A DNA stretch of 39,243 bases from Jimgerdemannia flammicorona (lineage: Eukaryota): positions 1 through 39,243 of the forward strand of contig RBNJ01000147.1 in the NCBI GenBank assembly GCA_003990765.1, given 5' to 3'. Position 1 is the first letter of the stretch; every line of letters begins with the position of its first letter. Shown one piece after another: positions 10,801-23,242 of this stretch. The position numbers and the translations under genes were made by a program. The notes beneath the pieces are model-generated. The model did not search any database. It was not told the DNA's origin and saw only the letters and a program-made list of their open reading frames with translations.

Positions 10801-11100
10801 GAACTCCATGATTAAAACAAGAGAACCCCATGATCGATTGGGTAAATCATTCTCTGACTATCAAGAAAGGACACCACAACTTCAAGCTGTAAGGCGAAAA
10901 GGACCCACTCAGTTCTAGTGACCCCGGACCAAAGATCACTCATATCAACAAGCTACAACTCAAGAAATTGGCCAAGAAATGCCCTCTCTTCGCTATCTCC
11001 ATCCATCCATCCAAAGGAGAACCCGAGAACTCTGAAGAAGACTTTTCCAAAGTTGACAGCTATGTTAGACCACTACTCCAGAAGGTCTGAGACACATTTC
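7701..11100 (+). pseudogene. gag-pol: Copy C polyprotein: N-terminal extension, Gag (CCHC), dUTPase, aspartic protease; truncated at the start of RT
   Basis: The ORF pieces at 7719, 8841, 9813 and 10416 share one frame, broken by transition-type stops. Motifs: LPTFNG, FRGPAEEWW, a knuckle reading CFFC.KTGH.ASA. in B and HMASAC in C, and IMIDSGASGNFI. Confidence 0.9.
9906..10313 (+). CDS. dut: Trimeric dUTPase domain of the polyprotein (stop-free in this copy)
   Basis: All five dUTPase motifs are present: AGYDL, GRICCRSSLA, GGVIDKDYTGEI, I(A/T)QIL and consensus RGSKGFGSS (QGSKGFVSS in this copy). It is not a stand-alone gene; it lies within ORF 9813..10397. Confidence 0.93.
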
Positions 11101-11271
11101 CGAACCGAACTACAAAACCACCTACACCTGTTATTATCAATGACTAAGAAGAATACAAAGTTGAACAAATCCTCAATAAACACAGCCACAAGAACCATCC
11201 AAATAGTACAACAACACCAGAACAAATTAGAAGACCCCGATGAGGATGTCGAAAGCTAAGAAGGGGAGAGT

Positions 11272-12754
11272 TGTAAGCGTACAACCTCCAAGCCACCAAA
11301 ATCACATAGCATCCTCAGAACTAATTTGGAAACCACATGCAAGACTACAAAACAAGAAATCATCTGATTACACAAAATATGCCAGCAAGCATGAGAACCC
11401 ACCACCAAGATATAAGAATACTAGAAGAAGTACTACAACCATAAGACTGACTCTGAACTGCTATAACTAGTTTGGTATACTGTACTATTACAAAAGGAAA
11501 CCAAAAGTACCAAACTCAAATTGAGACAAGAAGAACCTATCTCATTTACCAAAAGGTTCATGAACTGCACTTATCAACTCAAAGACCAAGATATACTGTG
11601 ACTATACAAGACCTCATTACTTAGCAGAAGCAAAAACACATTTAAACAACTCCGTTCGCTCTATCTGTGTCACCTCAATTGGAGAGTGATAGACACTTCA
11701 TCTGAACTCAAGAAAGCCGACAATGTCAAAACCAATCTCAAGCCATCCACATGACAGATATTACTACTAGAAATTGCCTCAGATTACAGAAATATCATTT
11801 CTGAGAGGTTCGAACCCCCAGCCATGACATTGGGAGCCCTCGCCCTAGACGAGAATGGCCAGTCCTTGCAAATGTGCCAGCAGACCAAAAAAAAAAGAGA
11901 ACCAAGACCTGTTATCCTTATACAACCACTGCCACCAAGGATAGCCTTAATCTTGCAAGAGATAGAAGTAACGACATCTTGAAACTGATGATGTCAGAAG
12001 TCAGAAAACTGCTCAGACTTTGCCAGTGATGATGTCATCAATAGTGATGTCATCAAAGACTAACCAGACAGCACCTAAATCTATAAATAGTCTAGCAGTC
12101 ATAGTATAGTTAGATTAGCCTTGTACAATATGACTGTAAACTGACTCAGCAGTCAGATGATCTCTTGACATATCAGATCACACTTGTACTATGTGACTGC
12201 ATTCCGACTCAGCAAGATACTTAGTACTACATCCATATTTAGCATAGTCCAGATAGCCCCTCACTAGTATAAATACCCTCTCCCCCAGACCTCAGAATCT
12301 CAGACTCGAATACACAAGAACATTTCTGAACACTTCCCCACAATATCTCTTTACACAACTACTCCTAGTATAGCAATATCATGAATAGTAAATAAACCTA
12401 TTTAATAACCCACAAACCACTCTTAAGTAAATCCGCTCCCTGTTAGGTCCCACTCCTAGCCCTGTTACGAAATTTCCTAATTGGGTATTGTTTGCAGCGA
12501 TACGCCAATTCAACTAAGCTGGTCTTAGTTTCTTGAACTTTCTGAAATACGGAAAATCCTGAACATCCAGAACTAGTCCGAAAAAGGACTTTGGTTGAGA
12601 CGTCAACCCGATCTTGAAATCAATAAGCATAGAGGACATACTCCATATGAAATTGACCTTGACCATAAGAAAATGGTCTTCCAGAATATCCAGAACTTTC
12701 AGAAAACCCTTCCAGAACTATGTAACAGTTACTCTAAAAAGCAACCCTCTTACA
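11272..12754 (+). repeat. 3' LTR of copy C (1483 bp)
   Basis: Follows the PPT; direct repeat of 6394..7878. Confidence 0.93.
11379..12032 (+). pseudogene. Putative alternative U3 ORF of the short LTR type (about 217 codons, unknown function); second copy starts at 6501
   Basis: MPASMRTHHQDIRILEEVLQP...DILKLMMSEVRKLLRLCQ, with several stops each one transition from CGA, CAA, CAG or TGG. A second frame (about 11539..11982) is also mostly open, so the frame is uncertain. Confidence 0.45.
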
Positions 12755-14417
12755 TATTGTGGGGAAGTGTTCAGAAATGTTCTTGTGTATTCGAGTTTGA
12801 AATTCTGAGATCTGGGAGAGGGGGTATTTATACTAGTGAGGGGCTATCTGGACTATGTTAGATATAGATATATGTAGTACTAAGTACTTTGCTGAGTCAG
12901 AATGCAGTCACATAGTACAAGTGTGATCTGATATGTCAAGAGATTGTCGGACTGCTGAGTCAGTTCACAGTCATGTCATATAAGGCTAATCTAACTATAC
13001 TATGACTGCTAAGCTATTTATAGATTTAGATGCTGTCTGGATAGTCTTCGATAACATCACTATCGATTGCATTATCTCTGATGAAGTAGTCATCTAGAAA
13101 GAGTAGTTCATGGATTACTTCTTCTTGTTGGCTAAGGTAATAATACATTGAAACTTTGTCTCTGTCCCACAGGATAGTATCATCTGTCTCATATGCTGGA
13201 TAAGGTGTTAGTGGGTGAAGGAGGAGTACATTATCTTCACTTTCATCGGATTCACTATCTGCATACCTTCTATAGGTTACAGCACTATAAGTCGCGAGGT
13301 TGTAGTAAGCTGGCAGCTGTAGTTCATATCACTCATACTCAGGTAGTGGAGTTGTTGGTTCGATCTCGAGAGTTGTCTGAAGGTACAGATTGTGTTCTTC
13401 AGTCTCTTCATTGTAGTTGAAGTAATCAGGGGTAAATGCAGGTTGGTATTCATGCCAATAGTCATTGTCCCAATAGGTCTCATAGGTGGTTATGAACTGT
13501 TGTAAGTTCATTAGCAAGATTGGTGGACTGATCAGAGTTAGTAGAGATCCTTGGCTTGAGGTCATGTCAGTATTGGCAGGATTATTGTCTTCTGCTTCAT
13601 CTTCATCAAATCGGATTATATCATAGACATCCTTCATGGCATATCCGACTTGAGGCATTTGCAGGATATGGTCATCAGGGTGTGGGAAGGTTCTGTCTAT
13701 AGTCTGGATGTATTCGAGGTACTTGTGGTTGAGTTCTTGTATCATGTCATCGATTTGGCTGTAGGACAGAGTAACAACTATTTTGCTGGTAGTAACTCAG
13801 AGGTGGGGAATAAAGGTGCTGTACTTGTAGAAGAGTTCTCTGTATTTGCAGGCAATGAGCTTCTGGTGTTGAGACATCTAGATAATGTCTGTATTGTGGT
13901 AATGTTCAACCATATCTTCTAGGAGGCAGCCAATCTGGTACATAGTAGCTTGAGATTTGTCTGATCCAGTGGGTCTCATTAAGTATGTTCAGGGCATTCC
14001 ATTGGGCTTCCACAAAGTAGAGGGGTGCTAGACTATGGATATTCATAAGGGGCAGAGGGGGTGTGGCTCAGTTGACAATGGCATTCCAAATGTCAGTGCA
14101 GATGTAGTTGTAGATCTCAGTGGTCATATTGTGTATGTTCAGAAGTTGTGGTTTGTTGTTTGTTTTGGTTCTCTGTTTCATCATGTCTTGATACTTGGTA
14201 TATATGCATTTGGTCCTGATTGATAAGATTCCATTTGTGTGAATCTTGTATTCTGTGACTTCGTGTTGACTCAGCTTTGTGTACTGTGACTTTGGTTTGA
14301 CTCAGCTTCATGATCATGCAGGTAATTTACATATTTGTTCAGAGGTTGCATGTGATTTTGGTGGCTTATTCAGAGGGTGACATGTGATTTCTGTGGCTTG
14401 GAGGTTGTATGCTTACA
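12755..14417 (-). repeat. 3' LTR of copy B, proximal part
   Basis: Starts TGTAAGCATAC at 14417, right after the PPT, and is colinear with the long LTR type. Confidence 0.92.
13026..14127 (-). pseudogene. LTR(U3) ORF copy in B's 3' LTR (4-bp insertion near 13940, stops)
   Basis: Includes ORF 13329..13745 (MIQELNHKYLEY...); homologous to 1117..2214. Confidence 0.82.
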
Positions 14418-14782
14418 ACTCTCCCCTTCTTAGCTTTCGACATCCTCGTCGGGGCCTTCTAATTTTGTTCTAGTATTGTTACACTGTTTGGGAGATCAAA
14501 AGTCTGGTAAAGTTCATTTTTTTCAGAAAGTGGTATGCTCGTAGTACAGTTGCCTAACATGTTGGATTCACATATTAAAGGGTCATGTATTCAATGCTAT
14601 ATACTGGAAGTGATTCTGATGTCATTCACTGCTAGAGAATTTTCTCTAAGAAATCTTCTTAAATATCTATACCTCATTTCCCACCAGTGGTACAGAGAGA
14701 ATAGGCTTGCTTTCAGTTTTGTTATTTTTTCTGAGGGTTGGTATTGTTTTGTCTTGACTTGCTGAGTTCTTGATTTGTTCAT
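14414..14782 (-). pseudogene. Putative small extra ORF (~120 codons) between pol and the 3' LTR, copy B
   Basis: MNKSRTQ...KLKASLFSLYHWWEMRYRYLRRFLR...; the consensus of copies A, B and C continues to RRPRRGCRKLRRGEL* (B has a 1-bp insertion near 14465). Confidence 0.45.
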
Positions 14783-14847
14783 GATAATTATAATATTTAG
14801 GAGAGTAATATATAGTATATACTGATAGGTGTCAGAGTATTCGGGTT

Positions 14848-15154
14848 TCAGTTATTCAGGGAATTGTATTCCTGAACTAAGTCAGTAGTATTCTGGAGAT
14901 TGGTCTTGGGTTCCCAAGTTGCATCATGAATTGAATATCCTTTCCATTTGACAAGATACTCAGGGTGGTTCTTGTGGCCATGTTTGTTGAGGATTTGTTC
15001 AACTTCATACTCTTCTTGGTCATTAATAATGATAGGTGCAGGTGGTTTCATGGTTCAGTTTGGGAATAGCTCATCATTGTTATCATTGTATCGCTTGAGA
15101 CATTGGACATTGAAGACTGGGTGAATCTTAATGGTATCTGGTAGCACCAATTTG

Positions 15155-15191
<37 letters not shown>

Positions 15192-18100
15192 GTCAATAGC
15201 ACCAATTTGTAGGAGGTTAGAGAGACTTGTGCAATGACTTCAAATGGTCCAATGAACTTGCTGTTCAGCTTTGTAGATGGTCTGTGCTTAAGATTGTCAA
15301 CTCGGTATCCTCGGATATCTAGTAGAACTTTTTCACCAATATCAAAGGTTTCTTTGCAGTAGTGTTGGTTAACATACTGTAACTGTTGTTCTTAAGCTCA
15401 TGATAAATTCTCAATCATGATCTGGCTTATATTGCACATTCGGAGCAGAAATTCTTCAACAGCTTCAACTGTAGAGGTTTCTTCAGTGGTTTAGATAAGT
15501 GTCAGAGGAGTGTTTGGGTTTTGTCCAGTGTTGGCAAAGAATGGAGTTATTCCAAGAGAGGCTTGCTTGCTGTTGTTATAGGCAAACTCAATTGCAGTGA
15601 GGTGTTCATGCCAATCATCTTGTCTATAGAAAACATAGTTCCTTAGCATTTGTTTCAGAGTTCGGTTTATTCTTTCAGTTTGGCCATCAGTTTCAGAGTG
15701 AAAGGCTGTGGATAGTTCAAGTTTTGTTCCAAGGTATGTATAGAGGGTTTTCCAAAAATAGCTAGTAAATTTTGGATCTCAGTCACTAACAATGATCTTA
15801 GGAAGACCATGATAGCAGAAGATATTGTCAAATAAGAGTGTAGCTATATCTGATGCTATTGCAGTGGTAGTAGTTGGCACAAAGTGGGCTTGTTTGCTGA
15901 GATAGTCTACAAAGACAACAATTGCATCTTTCCTATTCTTGGTTCAGGGTAGTTATACAATGAAGTCTATAGAGATTTGTTCCCAATTAACAGATGGTAC
16001 CAGGATAGGGTGGAGTAGGCCAGATTTTGCTAGTATTGAGAACTTGTTACATTGGCAGGCATCACAGATAGTGATGTAAGTCTTTAGCTGATCTGCCATG
16101 CGGGGCTAATAGAAGTTTTGGGAAATAACCTCATAGCATTTGTCAAATCCTAAATGTCTGGCCGTAGGTGCATCATGACATTCAAATAGGATAGTTCTTC
16201 AGAGGTCTCAGTTGTTTGGAATATACAATCTGTCCTTGTAGTAGATAGCATTGTCCTTGAGTTGGTATTGGTTGTACCAGATATGCTTGTCAGCATCATC
16301 ACTGTTCAGGATTTCTCGGAGTACTTGGGCTTTCTTGTCATCAGCACATGCTGCGATAATTTGTTCCATGGTGGAGTTTGTAACCAGAGTGAGAGTTTGG
16401 ATAACTTCTTCAATGGGTGATCTCAAGATTGCATTGGCAACAATATTTTCCTTGCTAGGGCAGTACTGGATTTCATAGTCAAAGTTGGTGAGAACTTTCA
16501 TCCATCTGGCTTGCTTTCGAGAAAGAGTAGCCTGGGTCTTGATGTTGACTAATGACTTATAGTCAGTCAATACAGTGAAGTATGCTCCTTCTAGGTATAG
16601 TCACTATTGATCAGAGTGTCTACGATGGCTAATATTTCCTTCTTGTGAGTTGCATAGTTGATTTTGGCATCATTGAACTTGTGGGAATAATAGGCCACAG
16701 GGTGTCCTTCTTGCATGAGCACTGCTCTAAGGGCTAGGTCAGAGGCATTAGTAGTAACTTCATATAGTAGGGCAGGGTTTGCCGCTTGAAGTACTGGAGT
16801 GGTTATCAAGATATCTTTCAATACTTGAAAGGCTATATCTTATTCAGGTCCCCAATTTACAAGGTTGTTGAAGTCTTTTTTTTGTTTTGTAGTCCAAGGC
16901 TGTTCTTCTTTCTTGCTGTGCTTGGTCATTTGGATAAGGGTAGTAGTGATTTTGGCAAAATTGGCAACAAATCGTCTGTAATAATTTACTAATCTCAGGA
17001 ATGACTGTAGGTCCTTCAGCTTCTTAGGTCTGGACTAATTCTTAATCGCAGAGATTTTGCTAGGGTCCACTTTAATTCCATTTGGTGTGACAATGTATCT
17101 AAGGAATTGGATTTCTTTTAGAAGAAATTTGCACTTGCTGAGTTTTGCAAAGAGTTGGTTTTCTCAGAGTTTCAGTAATACTAGTTTAAGGTGTTTAAGA
17201 TGTTCCTCCAGGGTTTTGCTGAAGACTAGAATGTCATCAATGTAGACAACAATGAATTTGTCCAGGTATGGGTGCAGAATAGTATTCATCAGTGTCTGGA
17301 AGGTTGCAGGAGCATTAGTTAAGCCAAATGGCATAACCAGGAACTCGAAGTGTCCATAGTGAGTTCAGAAGGCTGTCTTGTAGATGTCTTCTTCTTTCAT
17401 GGCAATTTGCCAGTAATCATTTCGCAGGTCAAAAGAGCTCATGAATTGTGGATTGGTGAGTCTATTGAATATTTCATTGATTCTGGGTAGTGGGTAGTAG
17501 TTCTTGATGGTCTGTTCATTGAGGTCATGGTAATTAATACATATTTACAGGTCTTCTCCTTTCTTGACAACAAAGAGGACTGGTACACCATAGGGTGATA
17601 CACTAGGTCTGATGAATCCTTGTTCTAGGAGTTTGTCAATTTCTTTCTTGAGTGCATTAATTTTTCTAGAAGACATGTGGTAGATTGACTTGAAGGCTGG
17701 CTTGGCATCTGGGATAGTCTTGATGGTATAGTCTACTGCTCATTTAGGAGGTAGGCCTTTCAGAAGCTTCTTTGGAAATATGTCTCGGAATTTCTGGAGT
17801 AGTGGTCTGACATGGCTGTCAACTTTGGAAAAGTCTTCTTCAGAGTTCTTGGGTTCTCCTTTGGATAGGCAGATGGAGATGGTGAAGAGAGGGCATTTCT
17901 TGACTAACTTCTTGAGTTGTAGCTTATTAATATGGGTGATCTTTGGTCCAGGGTCACTAGAACTGAGTGGGTCATTTTTGCCTTGTAGTTTGAAGTTGTG
18001 GCATCCTTTCTTGATGGTCAGAGAATGGTTTACCTAATCAATCATGGGGTTCTCTTGTTTCAACCATGGGGTTCCAAGAATGATCTCATTGTCAGAAAGT

Positions 18101-21100
18101 AGTATGATCTAGAGGGTAACATGTACTCAATAGTCACCAATTCAGAAGGGCAGATTGCAGACTTCTTTGTTAATGACATGTGAGATTCTATCAGCTGTAG
18201 CAACTGCTTGAGTTTGTTGTACTGGAGAGGTGAAGACCTTAAGTCTATTGACTGTTTCTTTATTGATGAAGTTGCCTGAGGCACTGCTGTCTATCATAAT
18301 CTTGACAGGTGCTTGGTTAACAAAAGCTTGGAGTGTAAGCAGTTTGTCTGATCCAATGATGGTGATTTCAGTTGTAGGAGTTTTTCTTCTATTGGTTCTT
18401 TTTTGAGCCAATTCATTGACACAAGAGAAGCAATCATTGATCATTCACAAAGAGTACATTCCAATACCATGGGGGCATCAGCCACTTGGTATATATCCAT
18501 CTTCAATTTTCTTATAGAATTGTTCTTCTTTGTTCATAGTAGGTTGGACTGGGGCCTTGTTTGATGAGCCAAATTCTTTGGATCCTCGGATGGTAGATAG
18601 TAGTTCAAGGACTTCCTTGACTGTCAGAGTTGACTCAATTTTTTCAAATAAGATCTGGGCAATGCAGAAACCTATAGGGATCTTGAAGGGTGTCCAACTG
18701 TAGTTTCAGATAAGGACAATAATTTCACCTGTGTAATCTTCATCAATGACTCCTTCTTCTACTGAGAGTCCTTTCAGTGCTAGGCTGCTGCGACAGCATA
18801 TTCTTTCAACATATCCTTCAGGAATTTGGATGCTGATTCCTGTGTAGACTTGCTTGACTTCTCAGTTGGAAACTGTAGCTTCTTTGGATATATATAGGTC
18901 ATATCCAGCTGCTTTTTGACTTCCTTTAGTTAGGGCCTTAGCAGTTTGTCTTAACTTGACAAAGTCCAGTGTTCTGGTAGTCAGGTTATTGAGGTAGTAC
19001 AGAGTAGTAACTGTTGCTCATATTGCTGTTCAGAGTTTTCAGTTAGGGCAGACACTGGCCATGTGTCCTGTCTTTCAGCAAAAGAAGCATGCTTCACTTC
19101 TTTGAAGTTCATTTCTTTCTCCTTCAGTGAGTTTCTTGAAGGTACTCGGCTGGGTGGGTTCATGCTTTCTAGGGGTCCATGAAGTGGATATTGAGAGAGC
19201 TTGGGATGATTCATGCTTGGGTTCTTCTTTCTTGGTCCAAGTTTTTTCCTTGTTGTTGAATTGTCTTTGGGGCAGAATTGGTCCAGCTGTTAGGATTCGC
19301 TTGACCATAGTCTTGATTCTTGCCAAGCACTATTGTTGGTGATTGCAACCAACTGGGCAGCCTTGTTCTTGGATTTTTCTAGTAAGCCATTCAGGCAGGG
19401 CATCGAATAAATGATCTGCTCTTATACCATTTCATACTTCATCATTGGCAATATATCCTAGGCCAACAGTGTTCAGGAGTGACTCGAGTTTTGTACAGAA
19501 GGTTTCGAATTCTTCTTTGCCATGTACATCGAATTTGAGATTGCGGAGTTTTACTTGGGATTCAGCGATCATGGTTTTGCTGTGGTATTGAGCAATCATG
19601 AGTTGTTTGAGTCCAGGGGCTACAGGATGGGCTCCATATCCTGGGGCATGTTTGCTGCATTCTGAGCAACTACTGCAGGTCGGGTGTCCCATGTGAGGGG
19701 TTTTTCAGGAAGAGTTCACCACTATTCTTTGACAGGTCCTCGGAAGAATGTAACAACTCAGCAGACATAGGCTGTGGGGTAGCAAAGAGTTGTTCCAGGG
19801 TGTGGTCTTGATTGTTTATCAGGAGGCAGTCAGCAACTCACTCATTGGTCCATTGATTGGCTTTGAAGTTGATATCAACTACACTAATAAAGCTTTGGAC
19901 TTCTTGTGCAGTATCATTGAAAGTAGATAGGCTCAGATTTTTGGTAGGTCAGGTCTGTTCAGCTAAGGCAGTAATGGTTGCTACCATTATAGCTATCTGG
20001 GCTGTAAGGTCTAGAATCTTTTGGTTTGCCATGTTGTTTGCTAGAGGCAGTTGGACTGCTGGTAGTGGTGTTACTGGTACTACTTGAGGTACTGGTGCAA
20101 AGTGTGAGGGTGTTCTTTGGATCTGTGTAAGTTGCTGGAGTAGTAGTTGTGGGTCTGGAGTGAGGGCTTGATAGATAGCTATTTGTTGCTGTGTGGGTAT
20201 ATTCTGGCCTGATGGAGGTGTGTCTCCTTCAGGAGTGTATCTGGGATCGAATTCACTGAGATACTCCTCCTCCTCTTTGGTTTGGTCCCCATATAATTGG
20301 GTTTGCTCTGCATCAAAGTAGACAGAATCAGTTGTATATCTGATTTCAGATGGACTTAATTCAAAGTCAAGTTCCAGTTCAGTATTGGTTTCAGATTCAG
20401 GTAGAGCTGTAGCAGGGCCTGCTTTAGGTTCAGGGTCAGATAGTTGATGAAGGGTTTCTCTTGCTTCTTCCTTAAGAATATGGCGGGCCTTGCTGTTCTA
20501 GAATCAGTAGTATAATACAGTCTTGGTTCTGGTATGGTGAAAGTCGGTAGAGTTGAGCCACTTGGCTACAGAGGCTTGGGCTTCATGAGGGACTAAGGCT
20601 AGAAAGACTGCTGCTGGTTGTCCTAGGTTGCTCAGATTTGTAGAGCTAACAAAACTCTTATTGAGAAGAGTAAAGAAGGCTTCAATAAGACCTTCTTCAT
20701 CTTGACTTGCTGGGTATAGTACAAGGAGTTTGGTGAATAGAGTTTTGCCTATTTGCTGGTTTAATTGGAGTACTTCTTTCTTTGAATGAAGTTTGTCCCA
20801 CTTGTTGCAGGTGTGGAGGTCAAATTGTCCTTATATATCAGGTTTAATTCTCTCCAGATTGTCAGATGGTTCAGGATAAATTCTAGTTCAGAGGTTGGAC
20901 TTTATACTAACTTGTAGGAATTTGCAGAAGAGTTTGTAGCAAGGTGAGAAAGCATCTTGAAGTGGAATTGGATTGTAAATCACTGCTACCAAGTTATAAG
21001 AGGGTTGCTTTTTAAGGTAACTGTTACATAGTTCTGGAAGGGTTTTCTAAAAGTTCTGGATATTCTGGAAGATTATTTTCTTATGGTCAAAATCAATTTC

Positions 21101-21170
21101 ATATGGAGTATGTCCTCTATGCTTATTGATTTCAAGATCAGGTTGATGTCTCAACCAAAGTCCTTTTTTG
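14848..21170 (-). pseudogene. gag-pol: Copy B polyprotein: extension, Gag, dUTPase, PR, RT, RNase H, integrase, chromodomain (many stops)
   Basis: dUTPase at about 18563..18970; IMIDSSASGNF; YIDD at 17233..17244; RNase H TNASDLAL.AVLMQ...YATHKKEILAIV; HHCC and DDE integrase at about 15300..16180; chromodomain EEYEVEQILNK...EYLVKWKGY...ATWEP at 14848..15051. Confidence 0.93.
15142..15211 (-). mobile_element. Extremely 5'-truncated LINE insertion (about 8 nt plus A30) with 15-bp TSD
   Basis: TAGCACCAATTTGTA is duplicated at 15142..15156 and 15197..15211. The insert reads TTGACTAT(A)30 on the minus strand, matching the LINE end GCGACTAT(A)33. It is absent from copy A. Confidence 0.85.
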
Positions 21171-23058
21171 AACTAGTTCTAGATGTTCAGGATTTTCCAT
21201 ATTTCAGGAAGTTTAATAAACTAAGACCAGCTTAGTTGAATTGGCATATCGCTGCAGACAATACCCAATTAGGAAATTTCGTGACGGGGTTAGGAGTGAG
21301 ACCTAATGGGGAGCAGATTTACTTAAGAGTGGTTTGTGGGTTATTAAATAAGTTTATTCGCTATTCATGATATTGCTATACTAGGAGTAGTTGTATGAAG
21401 GGATATTATGGGGAAGTGTTTAGAAATGTTCTTGTGTATTCAAGTCTGAGATTCTGAGGTCTGGGAGAGGGGGTATTTATACTAGTGAGGGGCTATCTGG
21501 ACTATACTAGATATGGATATAGCACTAAGTACTTTGCTAAGTCAGAATGCAGTCATATAGTACAAGTGTGATCTGACATGTCAAGAGATCATCAGACTGC
21601 TGAGTTAGTTCACAGTCACATTATACAAGGCTAATCTAACTATACTATGACTGCTAAGCTATTTATAGATTTAGATACTGTCTGGATAGTCTTCAATGAC
21701 ATTATCATCGATTGTATCATCTCTGATGAAGTAGTCATCTAGGAAGAGTGGTTCATAGATTACTTCTCCTTGTTGGCTGAGGTAATAATACATTGGAACT
21801 TCATCTCTGTCTCACAGGATAGCATCATCTGTCTCATATGCTGGATAAGGTGTTGGTGGGCAAAGGAGGGGTGTATTGTCTTCACTTTCATCAGATTCAC
21901 TGTCTGCATACCTTCTATAGGTTATAGCACTATGAGTCACAGGGTTGTAGTAAGCTGGCGGCTGTGGTTCATGTTGCTCATACTCAGGTAGTGGAGTTGT
22001 TTGTTTGATCTCAAGAGTTGTCTGAAGGTACAGATTGTGTTCTTCGGTCTCTTCATTGTAGTTGAAGTAATCGGGGGTGAATGTGGGTTGGTATTTGTAC
22101 TAATAGTCATTGTTCCAATAGGTCTCGTAGATGGTTATGAACTGTTGTAAGTTCATTGGCAAGGTTGGCAGGCTGATCAGAGTTGGCAGAGATCCTTGGC
22201 TTGAGGTCATGTCAGTATTAGCGGGATCATTGTCTTCTACTTCATCTTCATCAAATTGGATTATATCATAGACATCCTTCATGGTATATCTGACTTAAGG
22301 CATTTGTAGGATATAGTCATCAGGGTGCAGAAAGGTTCTGTCTGTGGTTTGGACATATTCGAGATACTTATGGTTGAGTTCTTATATCATATCATCGATT
22401 TAGCCATAGGACAGAATAGCAACCATTTCACTGGTAGTAACTCGGAGGCAGGGAATAAAGGTGCTGTACTCGTAGAAGAGTTCTTTGTATTTGCAGGCAA
22501 TGAGCTTCTGGTGTTGAGACATCTGGGTAATGTCTGTATCGTGGTGATGTTCGACCATATCTTCCAGGAGGCGGCCAATCTGGTAGTAGCTTGAGATTTG
22601 TTTGATCTGGTGGGCCTCATTAAGCATGTTCAGGGCATTCCATCAGACTTCTACAAAGTAAAGAGGTGCTAGGCTATGGATATTCATGAGGAGTAAAGGG
22701 GGTGTAGCTCAGTTGACAATGGCATTCCAAATGTCAGCATGGATGTAGTTGTAGATCTCAGTGGTCATGTTGTATATGTTCAGAAGTTATGGTTTGTTAT
22801 TTGTTTTGGTTCTCTGTTTTGTTGTGTCTTGATGCTCAGTATATATGCATTTGGTCCTAATTGGTAAGATTCCATTTATGTGAATCTTGTATTCCATGAC
22901 TTTGTATTAACTCAGCTTTATGTACTGTGACTTCAGTTTGACTCAGCTTTGTGATCATATAGGTGATTTCCATATTTATTCGGAGGTCGCATGTGATTTT
23001 GGTGGCTTATTCAGAGGGTGATGTGTGATTTCTGTAACTTAGAGATTGTATGCTTATA
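20995..23058 (-). repeat. 5' LTR of copy B (2064 bp)
   Basis: Colinear with the other long LTRs; both terminal dinucleotides are mutated to TA; followed by PBS 20980..20991. Confidence 0.92.
21671..22768 (-). pseudogene. LTR(U3) ORF copy in B's 5' LTR
   Basis: ATG ACC ACT GAG start and 1098-nt span as in copy D; contains ORF pieces 22400..22627 and 22100..22282. Confidence 0.82.
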
Positions 23059-23063
23059 ATAAG

Positions 23064-23242
23064 TACTAGTCATTATTTAAAGAAAAAGATCTATATTAAT
23101 AAAAAAAAATATTATACTACTGAGACAGCAATATATCTCTTTGCTAGAAACTCTATTTAAATATGCTGAGAATCAGTTAAACTTATTTGAAAATATCAGA
23201 AATTATTTGCTAAATAATGATCTTTTATTACAGCTCTATAGT
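23064..23242 (+). pseudogene. Fragment 2 of the decayed Sola-like transposase
   Basis: Spacer between the TSDs of B and A. It translates as ...ENIRNYLLNNDLLLQLYS and continues in frame at 33850. Confidence 0.5.

Larger units (their letters stand above)
6394..12754 (+). mobile_element. Family 1 copy C: internally deleted element with variant short LTRs, nested in B's 3' LTR
   Basis: TGTAAG at 6394 and CTTACA at 12754; TSD TATTG at 6389..6393 and 12755..12759; PBS 7882..7893; PPT AAGAAGGGGAGAG 11258..11270; no RT, RNase H or integrase core. Confidence 0.95.
5991..23058 (-). mobile_element. Ty3/Gypsy chromovirus family 1, full-length copy B (about 10.7 kb without nested copy C)
   Basis: 5-bp TSD ATAAG at 5986..5990 and 23059..23063; two LTRs; PBS 20980..20991; PPT 14419..14431; complete gag-pol domain order. 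Confidence 0.95.

Noticed and set aside
11807-11824. GGTTCGAACCC B-box or tRNA-like sequence in the short LTR
   Set aside because: There is no convincing A-box or cloverleaf, and the 5' LTR copy reads GGTTTGAACCC.
23059-23242. Assembly fold-back creating the A/B palindrome
   Set aside because: A and B have different TSDs, private indels and insertions, and the spacer is unique pre-insertion sequence.
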